A stretch of DNA of 51,509 nt, taken from contig JBEKYR010000040.1 of assembly GCA_049510745.1 (NCBI GenBank), forward strand, positions 1-51,509. The letters run 5' to 3'. Position 1 is the stretch's first letter. Each line of letters opens with the position of its first letter. The notes under the pieces are model-generated. The model was not told where the DNA came from and did not search any database. It saw only the letters and a program-made list of their open reading frames with translations. The position numbers and the translations under genes were made by a program. Below, piece after piece: positions 18,433 to 27,769 of this stretch. The stretch comes from Verrucomicrobiota bacterium (GTDB lineage Bacteria > Verrucomicrobiota > Verrucomicrobiia > Limisphaerales > Palsa-1400).

Positions 18433-20457
18433 CTATAAGGACTTGGCAGTCTCGTGTTTCTGACGGTGTGGATTGATGCTGTTGGCCGAGATTCTGCAGA
18501 GGAGGTTATTCAGTTCCTGAATCCGAGGCGGTTTGCTGAGCACGACATCCACTTCGGGGGCGGTTTCCCCAGCCGCCTTCATCATCGTACCCCAGCCTGT
18601 CAGCATGATGACAGGTGTGTGCGGCGATTCCGCTTTGATGGCGCGGGCCACATCGTGCCCGTCCATGTCGGGCATTCCCAAATCAGTGATGACGATCTCG
18701 TAAGGCTCGCGCCCCTGGCGATGGGATCGGAACATCTCAAGTCCTTCCCTCCCACTTGGGGCGACAGTCACCTTGTGGTGGTTGACCTCAAGGACATCGT
18801 GCATGAGTTGCCTCAACTCCGGTTCGTCGTCGATGAAGAGGATGCGCAGGGAAGGGCAGGTCTCCGGGTGCGCGGCCTGGGGCCGGGCGGGTGGAGTTGC
18901 CCGCTCCCGAATGGGGAAAATAAGACGCACACTGGTGCCTCGATTCGGCGTGCTCTTGATCTCGATGGCGCCATCGTGCCGCTTTACCATTCCATAAACC
19001 ATCGCCAGTCCCAAGCCGGTGCCGCCACTGAGGTGCTTTGTGGTGAAAAACGGCTCCAAACAGTGTTGACGGACCTTTTCATTCATGCCGACGCCGTTGT
19101 CCCGCACCTCAATCTGAAGCTCCTGCTCCACGCCCCCGTCCACCTGTAAACCCTGCCTGCTGACCGAGCGGCTGGTCACGAGGGTGATGACGCCCCCTTG
19201 CGGAAGGGCGTCCACGGCATTGAAGACCACGTTGGTCAGCGCCTCACGCAGTTCACCGGCATTGCACACCAGCACAGGCGGATTCGGCTCCAGTTCCGGT
19301 TTGATTTGAATGGAGATGCCCTGGCGTTGCGCCAGATCACGCCAGCGCGGGCGGGTAAGTTCAATCACCTCTTTGATGGCCTTGTTGACGTCCACCTTCC
19401 CCAATTGATTGGGGTCCAGGTCAGGACGGTAGAATTCCCGCATGCGCGCGACGATCTGAGCCACATCCCCGGCGGCCTGATTGATCCTCTGCAGGCGCTG
19501 CCGTGGGACCTCCGCCAAATCCGGCAGCGTGTCGAGCAACAGCTCCGAGTACGCCGTGATCGGGGAGAGCGCATTATTGATGTCGTGGGCCACGCCGCTG
19601 GCCATCTGACCCAGGGCACGGAGACGCTCCTGCTGGACCACGGCCTGCTGGGTCTGGCGCAGTTCATCGTAGGCCTTTTGAGTCCCCTCAGTCAGGCGCA
19701 CGCGATCATAGAGGCTCTGGCATTCCTCTTCGGCGGTGATGACTTTGGCCTGCAAAGCCTCTTTCTCCAGCCGGATGCATTCGATTTCCGCCCGCACCTG
19801 TTCCGCGTTGTAACGAACCTCTTCCAAAACCAGCACGATCATGCTGACGGCGATGAAGAGCTGCAGCACCGCCGCAACAAAAAAACCGGCGCTGTAGAGG
19901 TCGCCGTATTGTTGGGAGAACGGGTAGCTGCCCAGGTAAATACCCCACAGCAAAAACCCCAGGGACAACATGCCCGCGCCGACGAACGCCTTCTGCTTCC
20001 GCAACCGGAAAAAACAGACTCCGGCAAACAGGCTGCTCAAGCCAAGCAAAATGAACACGGGCAATTCGACTTGCAGCACACCGGTTGTCGCCTGCGGACT
20101 GACGAAGGTCCAGACCACCAGGAACAACATGAACGCGCCCAGAAGCTGCTGCCGGACTGGAAGACCCAGAAATCGAAGGCTGCCCCACAAGAGAAAGACC
20201 GCCGAAATGGACACGCAACATTGCTTGATTGCGAAGAGGATGCTGCCCGTGGCCGGGTTTCCCAGGCGCAAGCTCAGCGTCAGCCACAGGGCATAAAACA
20301 ACCAGGCCGCTGTCCAGATGGTGAAATACTCCCTGCGAGTGTAGCGGTTGAGGTAGAAGAACAGTCCCACCAAAACCCACACGCTCAGCAAGGATACCAT
20401 CAAAGCCGCCCGCAGGTATTCTTGGGGGAATACCAACCCCATGTCTTCAAGGTTCAT
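18433..20457 (-). CDS. Hybrid sensor histidine kinase/response regulator with multi-TM N-terminus
   Basis: About 7 TM helices, H-box GVAHDINN, N-box, EPFFTTK, GTGLGL, receiver domain (IDDE, TDLGMP, KP). Confidence 0.93.
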   Translation of the reverse strand: MNLEDMGLVFPQEYLRAALMVSLLSVWVLVGLFFYLNRYTRREYFTIWTAAWLFYALWLTLSLRLGNPATGSILFAIKQCCVSISAVFLLWGSLRFLGLPVRQQLLGAFMLFLVVWTFVSPQATTGVLQVELPVFILLGLSSLFAGVCFFRLRKQKAFVGAGMLSLGFLLWGIYLGSYPFSQQYGDLYSAGFFVAAVLQLFIAVSMIVLVLEEVRYNAEQVRAEIECIRLEKEALQAKVITAEEECQSLYDRVRLTEGTQKAYDELRQTQQAVVQQERLRALGQMASGVAHDINNALSPITAYSELLLDTLPDLAEVPRQRLQRINQAAGDVAQIVARMREFYRPDLDPNQLGKVDVNKAIKEVIELTRPRWRDLAQRQGISIQIKPELEPNPPVLVCNAGELREALTNVVFNAVDALPQGGVITLVTSRSVSRQGLQVDGGVEQELQIEVRDNGVGMNEKVRQHCLEPFFTTKHLSGGTGLGLAMVYGMVKRHDGAIEIKSTPNRGTSVRLIFPIRERATPPARPQAAHPETCPSLRILFIDDEPELRQLMHDVLEVNHHKVTVAPSGREGLEMFRSHRQGREPYEIVITDLGMPDMDGHDVARAIKAESPHTPVIMLTGWGTMMKAAGETAPEVDVVLSKPPRIQELNNLLCRISANSINPHRQKHETAKSL

Positions 20458-20470
20458 CGCTTCTGCTCTT

Positions 20471-20497
20471 ACATCGGCTGAAATCAGCGGAAGTTAA
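20471..20497 (-). promoter_or_regulatory. sigma28 (FliA/WhiG)-like promoter
   Basis: TTAA-N15-GCCGATGT versus consensus TAAA-N15-GCCGATAA, 13 nt before the kinase ATG. Confidence 0.5.
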
Positions 20498-20553
20498 GCA
20501 AAAAACATCTCTGATCCGCTTCTCCTTTAGAACTCGCGCGGGGGGGGGATGGC

Positions 20554-21990
20554 CTAATTCAGCAGCGCGCGGCAGGCGGCGCGCAACGGTTCGAGGTTCT
20601 TTTTCGTCCGCGTTTCAATGTAGCAGCGGAACACCGGCTCGGTCCCGCTGGCGCGGAAGGCCACCCAGGCGCCGCCCGGCAGCAGGAATTTGTAACCATC
20701 GGTCGTGATCTGCTTTTCCACCGGAAAGGAACCGATCCGGGCGAGGCCGCCGGACAGTCTGGAGAGCAGTTCGTCCTTTTTCGCCGGGTCAATGCGAATA
20801 TTGATGCGCTCGGTGTAAAAGGCGCCGCCGAGCCTGGAAATCTCCTTGAGGACCGCGCCCAGGGGCCGGCCCTCCGCCGCCACCAGTTCCGCCATCAACA
20901 GGCACGCCAGTATCCCGTCTTTCTCCGGCACGTGGCCGCGCACGCTCAATCCGCCCGATTCCTCGCCGCCGACGATGACCGGCTCCCGTTCCATGATCGC
21001 GCCGATGTATTTGAAGCCGACCGGGACTTCGTGGATTCTCACCCCGAAATGCGCCGCAACCGCATCGACTTGATGGCTCGTCACGACGGTGCGGACGGCC
21101 GAACCCTTCCAGCCGCGATGCTTGGCCAGGTGATAGAGCGTAAGGGCCAGGACCTGGTTGGGCGTCAGCCAGGCGCCGTCGGCGTCCACCACGCCGAAGC
21201 GGTCGGCGTCGCCATCGGTGGCCAATCCCAGGCGGGCCTGGCCGGAGCGCACCAGGCGGCGCATTTCGGCCAGGTATTCCGCGCTCGGCTCGGGGGGATG
21301 CCCGCCGAACATCGGATCCAAATCGGCGTGCAGCACCGTCAGCCGCGCGCCGGCCTCTCGCAGCAGCGCGTCCAGGTAGCCGCGTCCGCAGCCGTGCATC
21401 AGATCGACGGCGACCTTGAGCCGCGCCTTCTTGATGGTGGAGAATTCGACCAGTTTGCGGATTTGCTTGAAGTAGTCCGCCTGCGGATCAAGGCCCCGGC
21501 AGGCAAAGGTCCCGACGATGGCGGAGGGAAAACTCCAGTTTTCCCGCTGCAGCCGGGCGATGGCGGCTTCGATTTGCGCGGTGGCTTCGGGTGGCGCGCC
21601 CGCGCCGTCGTGGCGCGAGAATTTAAAGCCCGAGTACTCCGGCGGATTATGGCTGGCGGTGATATTGACGCCGCCGATGGTCTTGCGTTGGCGGATGGCA
21701 AACGCCAGCACCGGGGTGGGGGTGTCGCGATTGCAGAGCCAGGGCGTCAAGCCGTTGGCGGCAAACACTTCGGCTGCCGCCAGCGCGAACTGGCGTCCGA
21801 GGAAACGGCAATCGTAAGCCAGCAGGAGGTTGGGGCGACGGCCATGAAGGGGCGATTGCGGATTGGCGAGTTCAGCCTGGAGATAGCCGGCGACGGCTCG
21901 GGCGGCCAGGCGGACGTTACCGAAGGTAAAATCGCGCGCGATCCGGGCGCGCCAGCCGGCCGTGCCGAATTTGATGACGGGGGGCGGCAC
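20554..21990 (-). CDS. Phosphoglucomutase/phosphomannomutase
   Basis: FGTAGWR, TASHNP, DGDADR, GEESGG, RASGTEP. Confidence 0.95.
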   Translation of the reverse strand: MPPPVIKFGTAGWRARIARDFTFGNVRLAARAVAGYLQAELANPQSPLHGRRPNLLLAYDCRFLGRQFALAAAEVFAANGLTPWLCNRDTPTPVLAFAIRQRKTIGGVNITASHNPPEYSGFKFSRHDGAGAPPEATAQIEAAIARLQRENWSFPSAIVGTFACRGLDPQADYFKQIRKLVEFSTIKKARLKVAVDLMHGCGRGYLDALLREAGARLTVLHADLDPMFGGHPPEPSAEYLAEMRRLVRSGQARLGLATDGDADRFGVVDADGAWLTPNQVLALTLYHLAKHRGWKGSAVRTVVTSHQVDAVAAHFGVRIHEVPVGFKYIGAIMEREPVIVGGEESGGLSVRGHVPEKDGILACLLMAELVAAEGRPLGAVLKEISRLGGAFYTERINIRIDPAKKDELLSRLSGGLARIGSFPVEKQITTDGYKFLLPGGAWVAFRASGTEPVFRCYIETRTKKNLEPLRAACRALLN

Positions 21991-21991
21991 C

Positions 21992-22384
21992 TTATTGTTT
22001 CCAGTCGAAAGCCCCTTTCTTCAACGCGTAAAGATAACCGATGAAAAGAATGACCATGAAGACAACCATGGAACCGAAGATCAAACCGGGGTCGTGGCCG
22101 ACCATCCGCCGGAAATTGACCGCCCACGGATAAAGAAACACCACCTCGATGTCAAAAAGAATAAAGAGCATGGCCACCAGGTAAAACTTGACCGACAGGC
22201 GCGTGCCGCCCGGGCCGACGGGCAACATGCCGCATTCGTAGGCCGTGTCTTTGACGCGGGAGTCGCGGCCGCGCTTGCCCACGAGGACGGAGACGATCAG
22301 CGTGCCGGCGGCAAAGGCGACGGCCACGATCCCCAGGATGAGCACCGGGACATATTGCATCAACTGTGCATCTGGCGATTCCAT
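21992..22384 (-). CDS. nuoA: NADH-quinone oxidoreductase subunit A
   Basis: YECG, FYLVAMLFILFDIEVVFLYPWA, KKGAFDW. Confidence 0.95.
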   Translation of the reverse strand: MESPDAQLMQYVPVLILGIVAVAFAAGTLIVSVLVGKRGRDSRVKDTAYECGMLPVGPGGTRLSVKFYLVAMLFILFDIEVVFLYPWAVNFRRMVGHDPGLIFGSMVVFMVILFIGYLYALKKGAFDWKQ

Positions 22385-22430
22385 GCGTAAAATTTAGGAA
22401 GGACTGGGCGGGTTGGCAAGGGCTTAATCT

Positions 22431-22733
22431 TCAAGGGGGCAGAGTCGGCTCGCCTCGCGCGCCATGCCAAACGGTGAGGATTTCCGCTGTTTTGGACGAT
22501 TCGTTGACGCGATAGAAGATTCGATAGTTCCCGCAAACAATCTCCCGCGTCCGGCCCGAGGCTCCGCGGGGATAAGTGGGGCCAATATAGGGAAATGAAG
22601 ACAAAATCTCAACGTGCTCGACGATGCTCGCGCCTATTCGAGCGCCTGCGGGAGGATTGTCGCGGCTGATGTAGGTGACAATTTCCTCCAAGTCGCCCAG
22701 CGCTGGTTCTGTCCAGACTATTTTGACTTCCAT
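22431..22733 (-). CDS. ParE/RelE-family toxin
   Basis: IVWTEPALGDLEEIVTYI, YRIFYRV, VWHGAR. Confidence 0.9.
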   Translation of the reverse strand: MEVKIVWTEPALGDLEEIVTYISRDNPPAGARIGASIVEHVEILSSFPYIGPTYPRGASGRTREIVCGNYRIFYRVNESSKTAEILTVWHGARGEPTLPP

Positions 22734-22903
22734 GCGGCGACTCTTCTCTTGACCTCGTCGTGAGGAACAACCCGGCCTGCGTCGGCGGCCTTCTCGCCGC
22801 GGCGAATGGCGGCTAGAATAGCCACTTCCTCGCTGATGTCGTCGATCGTCGCTGTTTCGGGAAGCTTTCGCACGGTTTCAATGACAGTTTCCTTATCACT
22901 CAT
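22718..22903 (-). CDS. Putative antitoxin (ParD-like partner)
   Basis: 61 aa, KLPETATIDDI...ADAGRVVPHDEVKRR; overlaps the toxin start. Confidence 0.82.
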   Translation of the reverse strand: MSDKETVIETVRKLPETATIDDISEEVAILAAIRRGEKAADAGRVVPHDEVKRRVAAWKSK

Positions 22904-22960
22904 CGTGGGGACTTTAACCTACAGGGCGATGTTTTGCGAGCTAAAGTTTCTTCGCTGGCG

Positions 22961-23629
22961 CTACATCTTGTGTTTCACCATTTGCCAGACGATGTGGGCG
23001 CCTTGGGCCACAGCCAGGCCCAGCAGGCAGACGCCCGAGCCGTGCTCCATATGCAGCAAGGTGCGCTCGGTGAATTTTTTGTGGCCGCGCGAGACGGCGT
23101 AGCTCAAACCGGAAAACCACACGTTGGTGCCCAGGGCCACGCCGGCCACGCACGAGGCGACGTCTCCCACGCTCGCCCCGACCCAGTCGCGGGACTTGAA
23201 GTAGGCCGCCAGCACGATCCAGAAAAGAAACACCCCCGGATTGCCCATGACCCGCACGAAACCGGTGGCGAACGCCGAGTGCGGCTGCAACCGCTCCTTG
23301 ATCTTTTCCTCGACCGGCGCGACCGACTCGATGGTGCGGGTGTTCAAAAACCGCAGGCCCAGGTAAAGCATAAAAACAAAACTCGTCAGCTCCATCGCCG
23401 CCTTGACCACCCGGCCGTCGAAGAAGGAGGCGAAGCCGGTGAAGGCGAGCGCGCAATAGATCACTTCCATGGCCGTGGCCCCGAAACCGATCAGCAAGGC
23501 CCAGAGCAGGCCGCGGCGGGCGCCTTCGTTGATAATGGTGAGGTTGACCGGGCCGACGGGCACGGAGAGAACGAAGCCGCTCAAAAAACCGGTCAACGCG
23601 GCCAGCAGTGAAGGAGGGAGGTCGAACAT
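22961..23629 (-). CDS. LysE-family translocator
   Basis: SVPVGPVN N-terminal motif, GNPG motif, about 6 TM helices. Confidence 0.85.
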   Translation of the reverse strand: MFDLPPSLLAALTGFLSGFVLSVPVGPVNLTIINEGARRGLLWALLIGFGATAMEVIYCALAFTGFASFFDGRVVKAAMELTSFVFMLYLGLRFLNTRTIESVAPVEEKIKERLQPHSAFATGFVRVMGNPGVFLFWIVLAAYFKSRDWVGASVGDVASCVAGVALGTNVWFSGLSYAVSRGHKKFTERTLLHMEHGSGVCLLGLAVAQGAHIVWQMVKHKM

Positions 23630-23630
23630 G

Positions 23631-24488
23631 TCAGGGGGTGAAACCGCCGCCGTCCTCCTCTTCCTCCTCCTCGATCTCGTCGCGGACTTTGCGGGAAATC
23701 CGGGGCCGGACAAAGCCGTAGAGCAAATAGAGGGTGAAGATCAAGGGCAGGACGACCGGGAGGATCAAGCCGCGCAAAATAAAAAGGCAGCCGGCGAAGA
23801 TGAGGATGAAGACGGTTTTGGGGAACGTGCGGCGCGCCCGCAAATCCAGCGTCTTGAACGAGGGGTACTTGACCTCGCTCACCATCATGAAGGAGAGAAA
23901 CAGGAGCAGTCCCGGCAGCAGGTAGCGCCACGGGCCGGTGGAAAGGTTGGTGTAATCCTCGTCCCACATCAGAAACAACGTCAGCGACGCTACCAATCCG
24001 GCGGCCGCCGGGATGGGAAAGCCGAGAAACTCCTTGCCTCCGCCCCCGCCGGACATGGCCGCCAGGCAATTGAAGCGCGCCAGCCGCAGCGCGCCGCAAA
24101 TCAGGTAAATCGAGGCGATGAACCACCCGATTTCGGGCCGATCCGAAAACACCTGCCGCAGGACGACCCGATGCACCAGAAAAGCCGGCGCCACCCCGAA
24201 GGAAATCAAATCCGCCAGGGAATCAAATTCGCGGCCGAAGGGGCTTTCCACTCCGCCCATGCGCGCCAGCCGGCCATCGAGCAGATCAAAAATGCATGCC
24301 AGCAAGATAAACGCCAGCGCCGTCCGGATTTCGCCGTTTCCCGGCGGCCCGATTTTGGCGTCAATGATCTTGTGCAACGCCACAAAACCGCAGTAGAGAT
24401 TTCCCGCCGTCATCAGGTTGGGCAGAAAATAGATTTTCAGGGCCGGCTGCGCCTTGTCCGCTTCGGGTGGGTTTGGGGAAGTTTCCAT
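23631..24488 (-). CDS. pssA: CDP-diacylglycerol--serine O-phosphatidyltransferase
   Basis: LPNLMTAGN, DLLDGRLAR...GREFDSLADLISFGVAP, LRLARFN; adjacent to psd. Confidence 0.93.
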   Translation of the reverse strand: METSPNPPEADKAQPALKIYFLPNLMTAGNLYCGFVALHKIIDAKIGPPGNGEIRTALAFILLACIFDLLDGRLARMGGVESPFGREFDSLADLISFGVAPAFLVHRVVLRQVFSDRPEIGWFIASIYLICGALRLARFNCLAAMSGGGGGKEFLGFPIPAAAGLVASLTLFLMWDEDYTNLSTGPWRYLLPGLLLFLSFMMVSEVKYPSFKTLDLRARRTFPKTVFILIFAGCLFILRGLILPVVLPLIFTLYLLYGFVRPRISRKVRDEIEEEEEEDGGGFTP

Positions 24489-24491
24489 AGA

Positions 24492-25175
24492 CTATGCCTT
24501 GGCGGCCATGATGGTTTCGCCGCCGACGACTTTGTCGCCCAGCTTGACCTTGATTTTGTAATCCAGCGGAAGGTAGAGATCGCAGCGGGAGCCGAATTGA
24601 ATGAGGCTGATGCGTTCCCCGCGCCGCAGTTCATCCCCCTTCTGGACAAACGGGACGATACGCCGCGCCAGCACGCCGGCGATGAGCCGCACGCCGATCG
24701 TTTCGCCCGGGTTCTCGGTCGAGGCGAAGCCGATGAGCACGTTTTCGTTGTGGAGCGCGGACTCGGCCTTGAGCGCGCTGAGAAACTGGCCCGGCTCACG
24801 CTCCAACCTCTCGATTGTCCCGCTGACCGGCGCGTTTTGAACATGGACGTCGATCACGGACAAAAAAATGGAAATGCGGTGGCACGTCCCGAGGGAGGTG
24901 CATGAATGCATGAGAATCTCGACTGCATCCACTTTGCCGTGTCCCGGGGAAACGACCAGGCCCGGCCCGGCGGGCGTTTTGGCTTCGGGATCGCGAAAAA
25001 AATAGAGGGTGAAGCCGGCAAAGAGCAGCCAAAGCGCCGCCACGGCCAGCGCCAGCGCCTCCAGCCAGGCGGGCCAGCCGAGGAGCACGCCCAGCAAGCC
25101 GGCCGCAACGACCGCCAGCAAGGGCAGGAAGATCAGTTTGAGCGCCGCGCGCCGGGCTATCCCCGCGTGTTTCAT
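24492..25175 (-). CDS. psd: Phosphatidylserine decarboxylase proenzyme
   Basis: FFRDP, IFLSVIDVHV, FGSRCDL self-cleavage motif. Confidence 0.93.
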   Translation of the reverse strand: MKHAGIARRAALKLIFLPLLAVVAAGLLGVLLGWPAWLEALALAVAALWLLFAGFTLYFFRDPEAKTPAGPGLVVSPGHGKVDAVEILMHSCTSLGTCHRISIFLSVIDVHVQNAPVSGTIERLEREPGQFLSALKAESALHNENVLIGFASTENPGETIGVRLIAGVLARRIVPFVQKGDELRRGERISLIQFGSRCDLYLPLDYKIKVKLGDKVVGGETIMAAKA

Positions 25176-25224
25176 GCCCCAAGGTTAAGCGGTAAAGATT
25201 TCAAAGTTCAAACTCAAACGAAGG

Positions 25225-26112
25225 TTAGGGGACGATGACCCGCAGGGCGTTGGGCCGCACCGAGAACGTCACCGGCAATTCGCCCACATTCTCGCCGTCC
25301 AATTGCAAGACCACCCGGCTGGGACTGGTCAGCCGCACGTGGGACGATTGAAGGCGCAAAGCAGGGCGCCACCGATGCACCCGGCCGGTCAAAAGTCCCC
25401 CCATGACCTGAGCGGCGCCTTGCCAGGTGATTTTCGGAAAGACACACACGTCCAACAGCCCGTCGCGCACGCTGGCGGCGGGAAAAAAGGCAAAGCTGCC
25501 GCCATAGAATCGCCCGTTGCCCAGCAACACCAGCTCGCCGGAAACCAGGCTTTCGCATTGCACGGTTATGACCGGCTGCGTTTCCCGCGCCGCCTGAAGC
25601 CCGGCCATAACGTAGGCCAGAGGCCCCACCTTCTTCTTCAACTCCCATCTCACCAATTCAATGGCGCGGGAGTCCACCCCGGCCCCTGCCAGTTGCAGGA
25701 AATAACGCGACTGCGCGCCGCCGTTGGCGCCGAAATCGACCCGGCCCAAGTCCATGGTGGTTTCCTTGCCGGCCGCGAGCGTTTTCACCGCCCCGTCCAG
25801 ATGGCGCGGCAACCCCAGTTCGCGGGCGAACACATTGACCGTGCCCAGCGGCAGCAGGCCCAGGCGCGCCGCCGCCAAACCGCGCGGGACATCGGCGATG
25901 CCGTTGACGACCTCGTTGGCGGTGCCATCGCCGCCGGCGGCCACGATGGTGTCGAACCCCTCGCGCACGGCTTGGGCGGCCAGACGGCGGGCTTCGCCCG
26001 GGGCGGCGGTGATGCGCAGGGCGTAGTTGGGATGCAGGGCTTGGAGGCGGGAGCAAACGGCCTGCGCTTTCTCCCCTCGGGCTGAGGGATTGAAAATGAC
26101 GCAAGTATGCAC
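25225..26112 (-). CDS. Diacylglycerol/lipid kinase family (YegS/DagK-like)
   Basis: NPSA, GGDGT, PLGTVNVFA, GRFYGG, QLDGE. Confidence 0.92.
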   Translation of the reverse strand: MHTCVIFNPSARGEKAQAVCSRLQALHPNYALRITAAPGEARRLAAQAVREGFDTIVAAGGDGTANEVVNGIADVPRGLAAARLGLLPLGTVNVFARELGLPRHLDGAVKTLAAGKETTMDLGRVDFGANGGAQSRYFLQLAGAGVDSRAIELVRWELKKKVGPLAYVMAGLQAARETQPVITVQCESLVSGELVLLGNGRFYGGSFAFFPAASVRDGLLDVCVFPKITWQGAAQVMGGLLTGRVHRWRPALRLQSSHVRLTSPSRVVLQLDGENVGELPVTFSVRPNALRVIVP

Positions 26113-26125
26113 CAGGAACGGCGGA

Positions 26126-27190
26126 TCAGAAGGCGGACTGGGCAGCGGTGCCGATGGCGTTGGTCAGAACGCTGGCTACCTGCTCGACTTCGGTCATCTG
26201 CTGGGGCGTCAGGGAGAGGGTGAGACCTTCAGTCGGAAACCAGGCCTTGCAGGGCACGCCCAACTCCGCCTGCAGCAGTTGCAGGAGGAACTCGGACCGG
26301 GCCGGGCCGCCGGAAATGAGGATTTTGTTTACGGTCTTTTCCCGCTGATGCTCGAAGAAATCAATCGAGGCGCGCAGTTCGCGGCCCAGCGGCGAAACCA
26401 ACGGCTGCAAATGGGCTTCCACCTCCTGCGGCATGCCGACCTTGATGCCTTCGGCTTCGGCGTAGGTGATGTTCATCGCCTCGGCCAGCCCCGCCGTCAG
26501 CCGGTCGCCGCCCAATTCCACCGAGCGGCTCAGGCACAATTCGCCGTCGGCCAGGATGCTGATGCTGGAGGTCTTGAAGCCCAAATCGACCAGGGCGACG
26601 GCTTCCTTGTTGAACACCTCCGGCTGGGAAAATTCGAGGGCATTGACCGGGCCAAGCAGGGCCAGGGTGACGTTGGTGGGGACCAAACCCGCGCCCCTGA
26701 CGGAGGACTCGATGGTCATGAGCAGATCGCGCCGGATGCCGCCCACCCAAATTTTGTATTTGACGACGCCGGTCTTGGGGGCCTCGCCCTGCGGCTTGCC
26801 GCGCGGGGGGACAATGTAGCAATCGAAAATGTAGTCGCGCAAATCCTGCTGCAAATAGGTTTTGGCGTTGAACTTGAGCATTTGGCGCATCTCGTGCAAG
26901 GGCATGAGCGGCAATTCCGTGCTGCGCAGCACCGAATCGGACGCGCCAATGGCGATGGTGACCTGCCTGGTCTTGGGCTGCATGGCCGCGACGATGGCGC
27001 GCAGGTGCTCGGTCAGCAAGCCTTGCGGCAGGGCCTTGTCGTAAATGGGAGCGTCCTGCACGGTGAAGCGGGAAAGGCTGAAGGCGCCGGCCTGGTGGTC
27101 CAGCAGCACCGCCTTGGTGGTGCGCGAGCCTAAATCTATGGCAAAAATCTGGTCGCGCTTCTTGGCCCCGTTGAAAAAGGGAATCGTCAT
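26126..27190 (-). CDS. pilM: Type IV pilus assembly PilM-like actin-fold protein
   Basis: IDLGSRTTK, VDLGFKTS, EAEGIK, SIDFFE, ISGG. Confidence 0.85.
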   Translation of the reverse strand: MTIPFFNGAKKRDQIFAIDLGSRTTKAVLLDHQAGAFSLSRFTVQDAPIYDKALPQGLLTEHLRAIVAAMQPKTRQVTIAIGASDSVLRSTELPLMPLHEMRQMLKFNAKTYLQQDLRDYIFDCYIVPPRGKPQGEAPKTGVVKYKIWVGGIRRDLLMTIESSVRGAGLVPTNVTLALLGPVNALEFSQPEVFNKEAVALVDLGFKTSSISILADGELCLSRSVELGGDRLTAGLAEAMNITYAEAEGIKVGMPQEVEAHLQPLVSPLGRELRASIDFFEHQREKTVNKILISGGPARSEFLLQLLQAELGVPCKAWFPTEGLTLSLTPQQMTEVEQVASVLTNAIGTAAQSAF

Positions 27191-27765
27191 GGGTTCTTCT
27201 TAGCAGGTTCGGGCTGCAAGCGGAAGGAATTTAATAACCGTGTAAAACTCAGCTTCTCCTTGTCATAGTCGGCCCCGTTGCAGGTGAATGTAAACTCGAA
27301 GCTGCCTTCGGGATAGGAAACGTAGGCGTCCCGCAGACGCACGGTCAGGCCGTCGGCCACCGGCCGAATGAGTTCAAAACATTGGCCCGGGCCAAAGTCG
27401 GTGAAACAGACCGACGATTGCACCAGGGAGGCGCCCGGGTATTTCCTGGCCACTTCATTGCGCAAATCCTCCTGCTTGGGCAGCGCCGCCGGATAATTGG
27501 TCGATACCTGCACCGAAATCACGCTGGCGCCCGTGCGGGAGGTGAACACGATCGAAAGCGTTTCCAGATGAATCTGCGTGCCGTACCCTCTTGGGACCCC
27601 CAACTCGAATCGCTCGTTGCCCGCTTCCATCAGCAAAACATTCTCCCGCGTTCCTTCCCCGGCCACCTCCGTCCTGGGATAAACCCTGAACAACGGCTGT
27701 CCGAACGCCCACGAGGCCCCGAACAGCGCGAGCAAAATCACAGGATGCAGTCGGAGGCGGGCCAT
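27187..27765 (-). CDS. Exported hypothetical protein
   Basis: Signal peptide; within the pilin-pilM operon (ATGA overlap with pilM). Confidence 0.7.
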   Translation of the reverse strand: MARLRLHPVILLALFGASWAFGQPLFRVYPRTEVAGEGTRENVLLMEAGNERFELGVPRGYGTQIHLETLSIVFTSRTGASVISVQVSTNYPAALPKQEDLRNEVARKYPGASLVQSSVCFTDFGPGQCFELIRPVADGLTVRLRDAYVSYPEGSFEFTFTCNGADYDKEKLSFTRLLNSFRLQPEPAKKNP

Positions 27766-27769
27766 AGGC

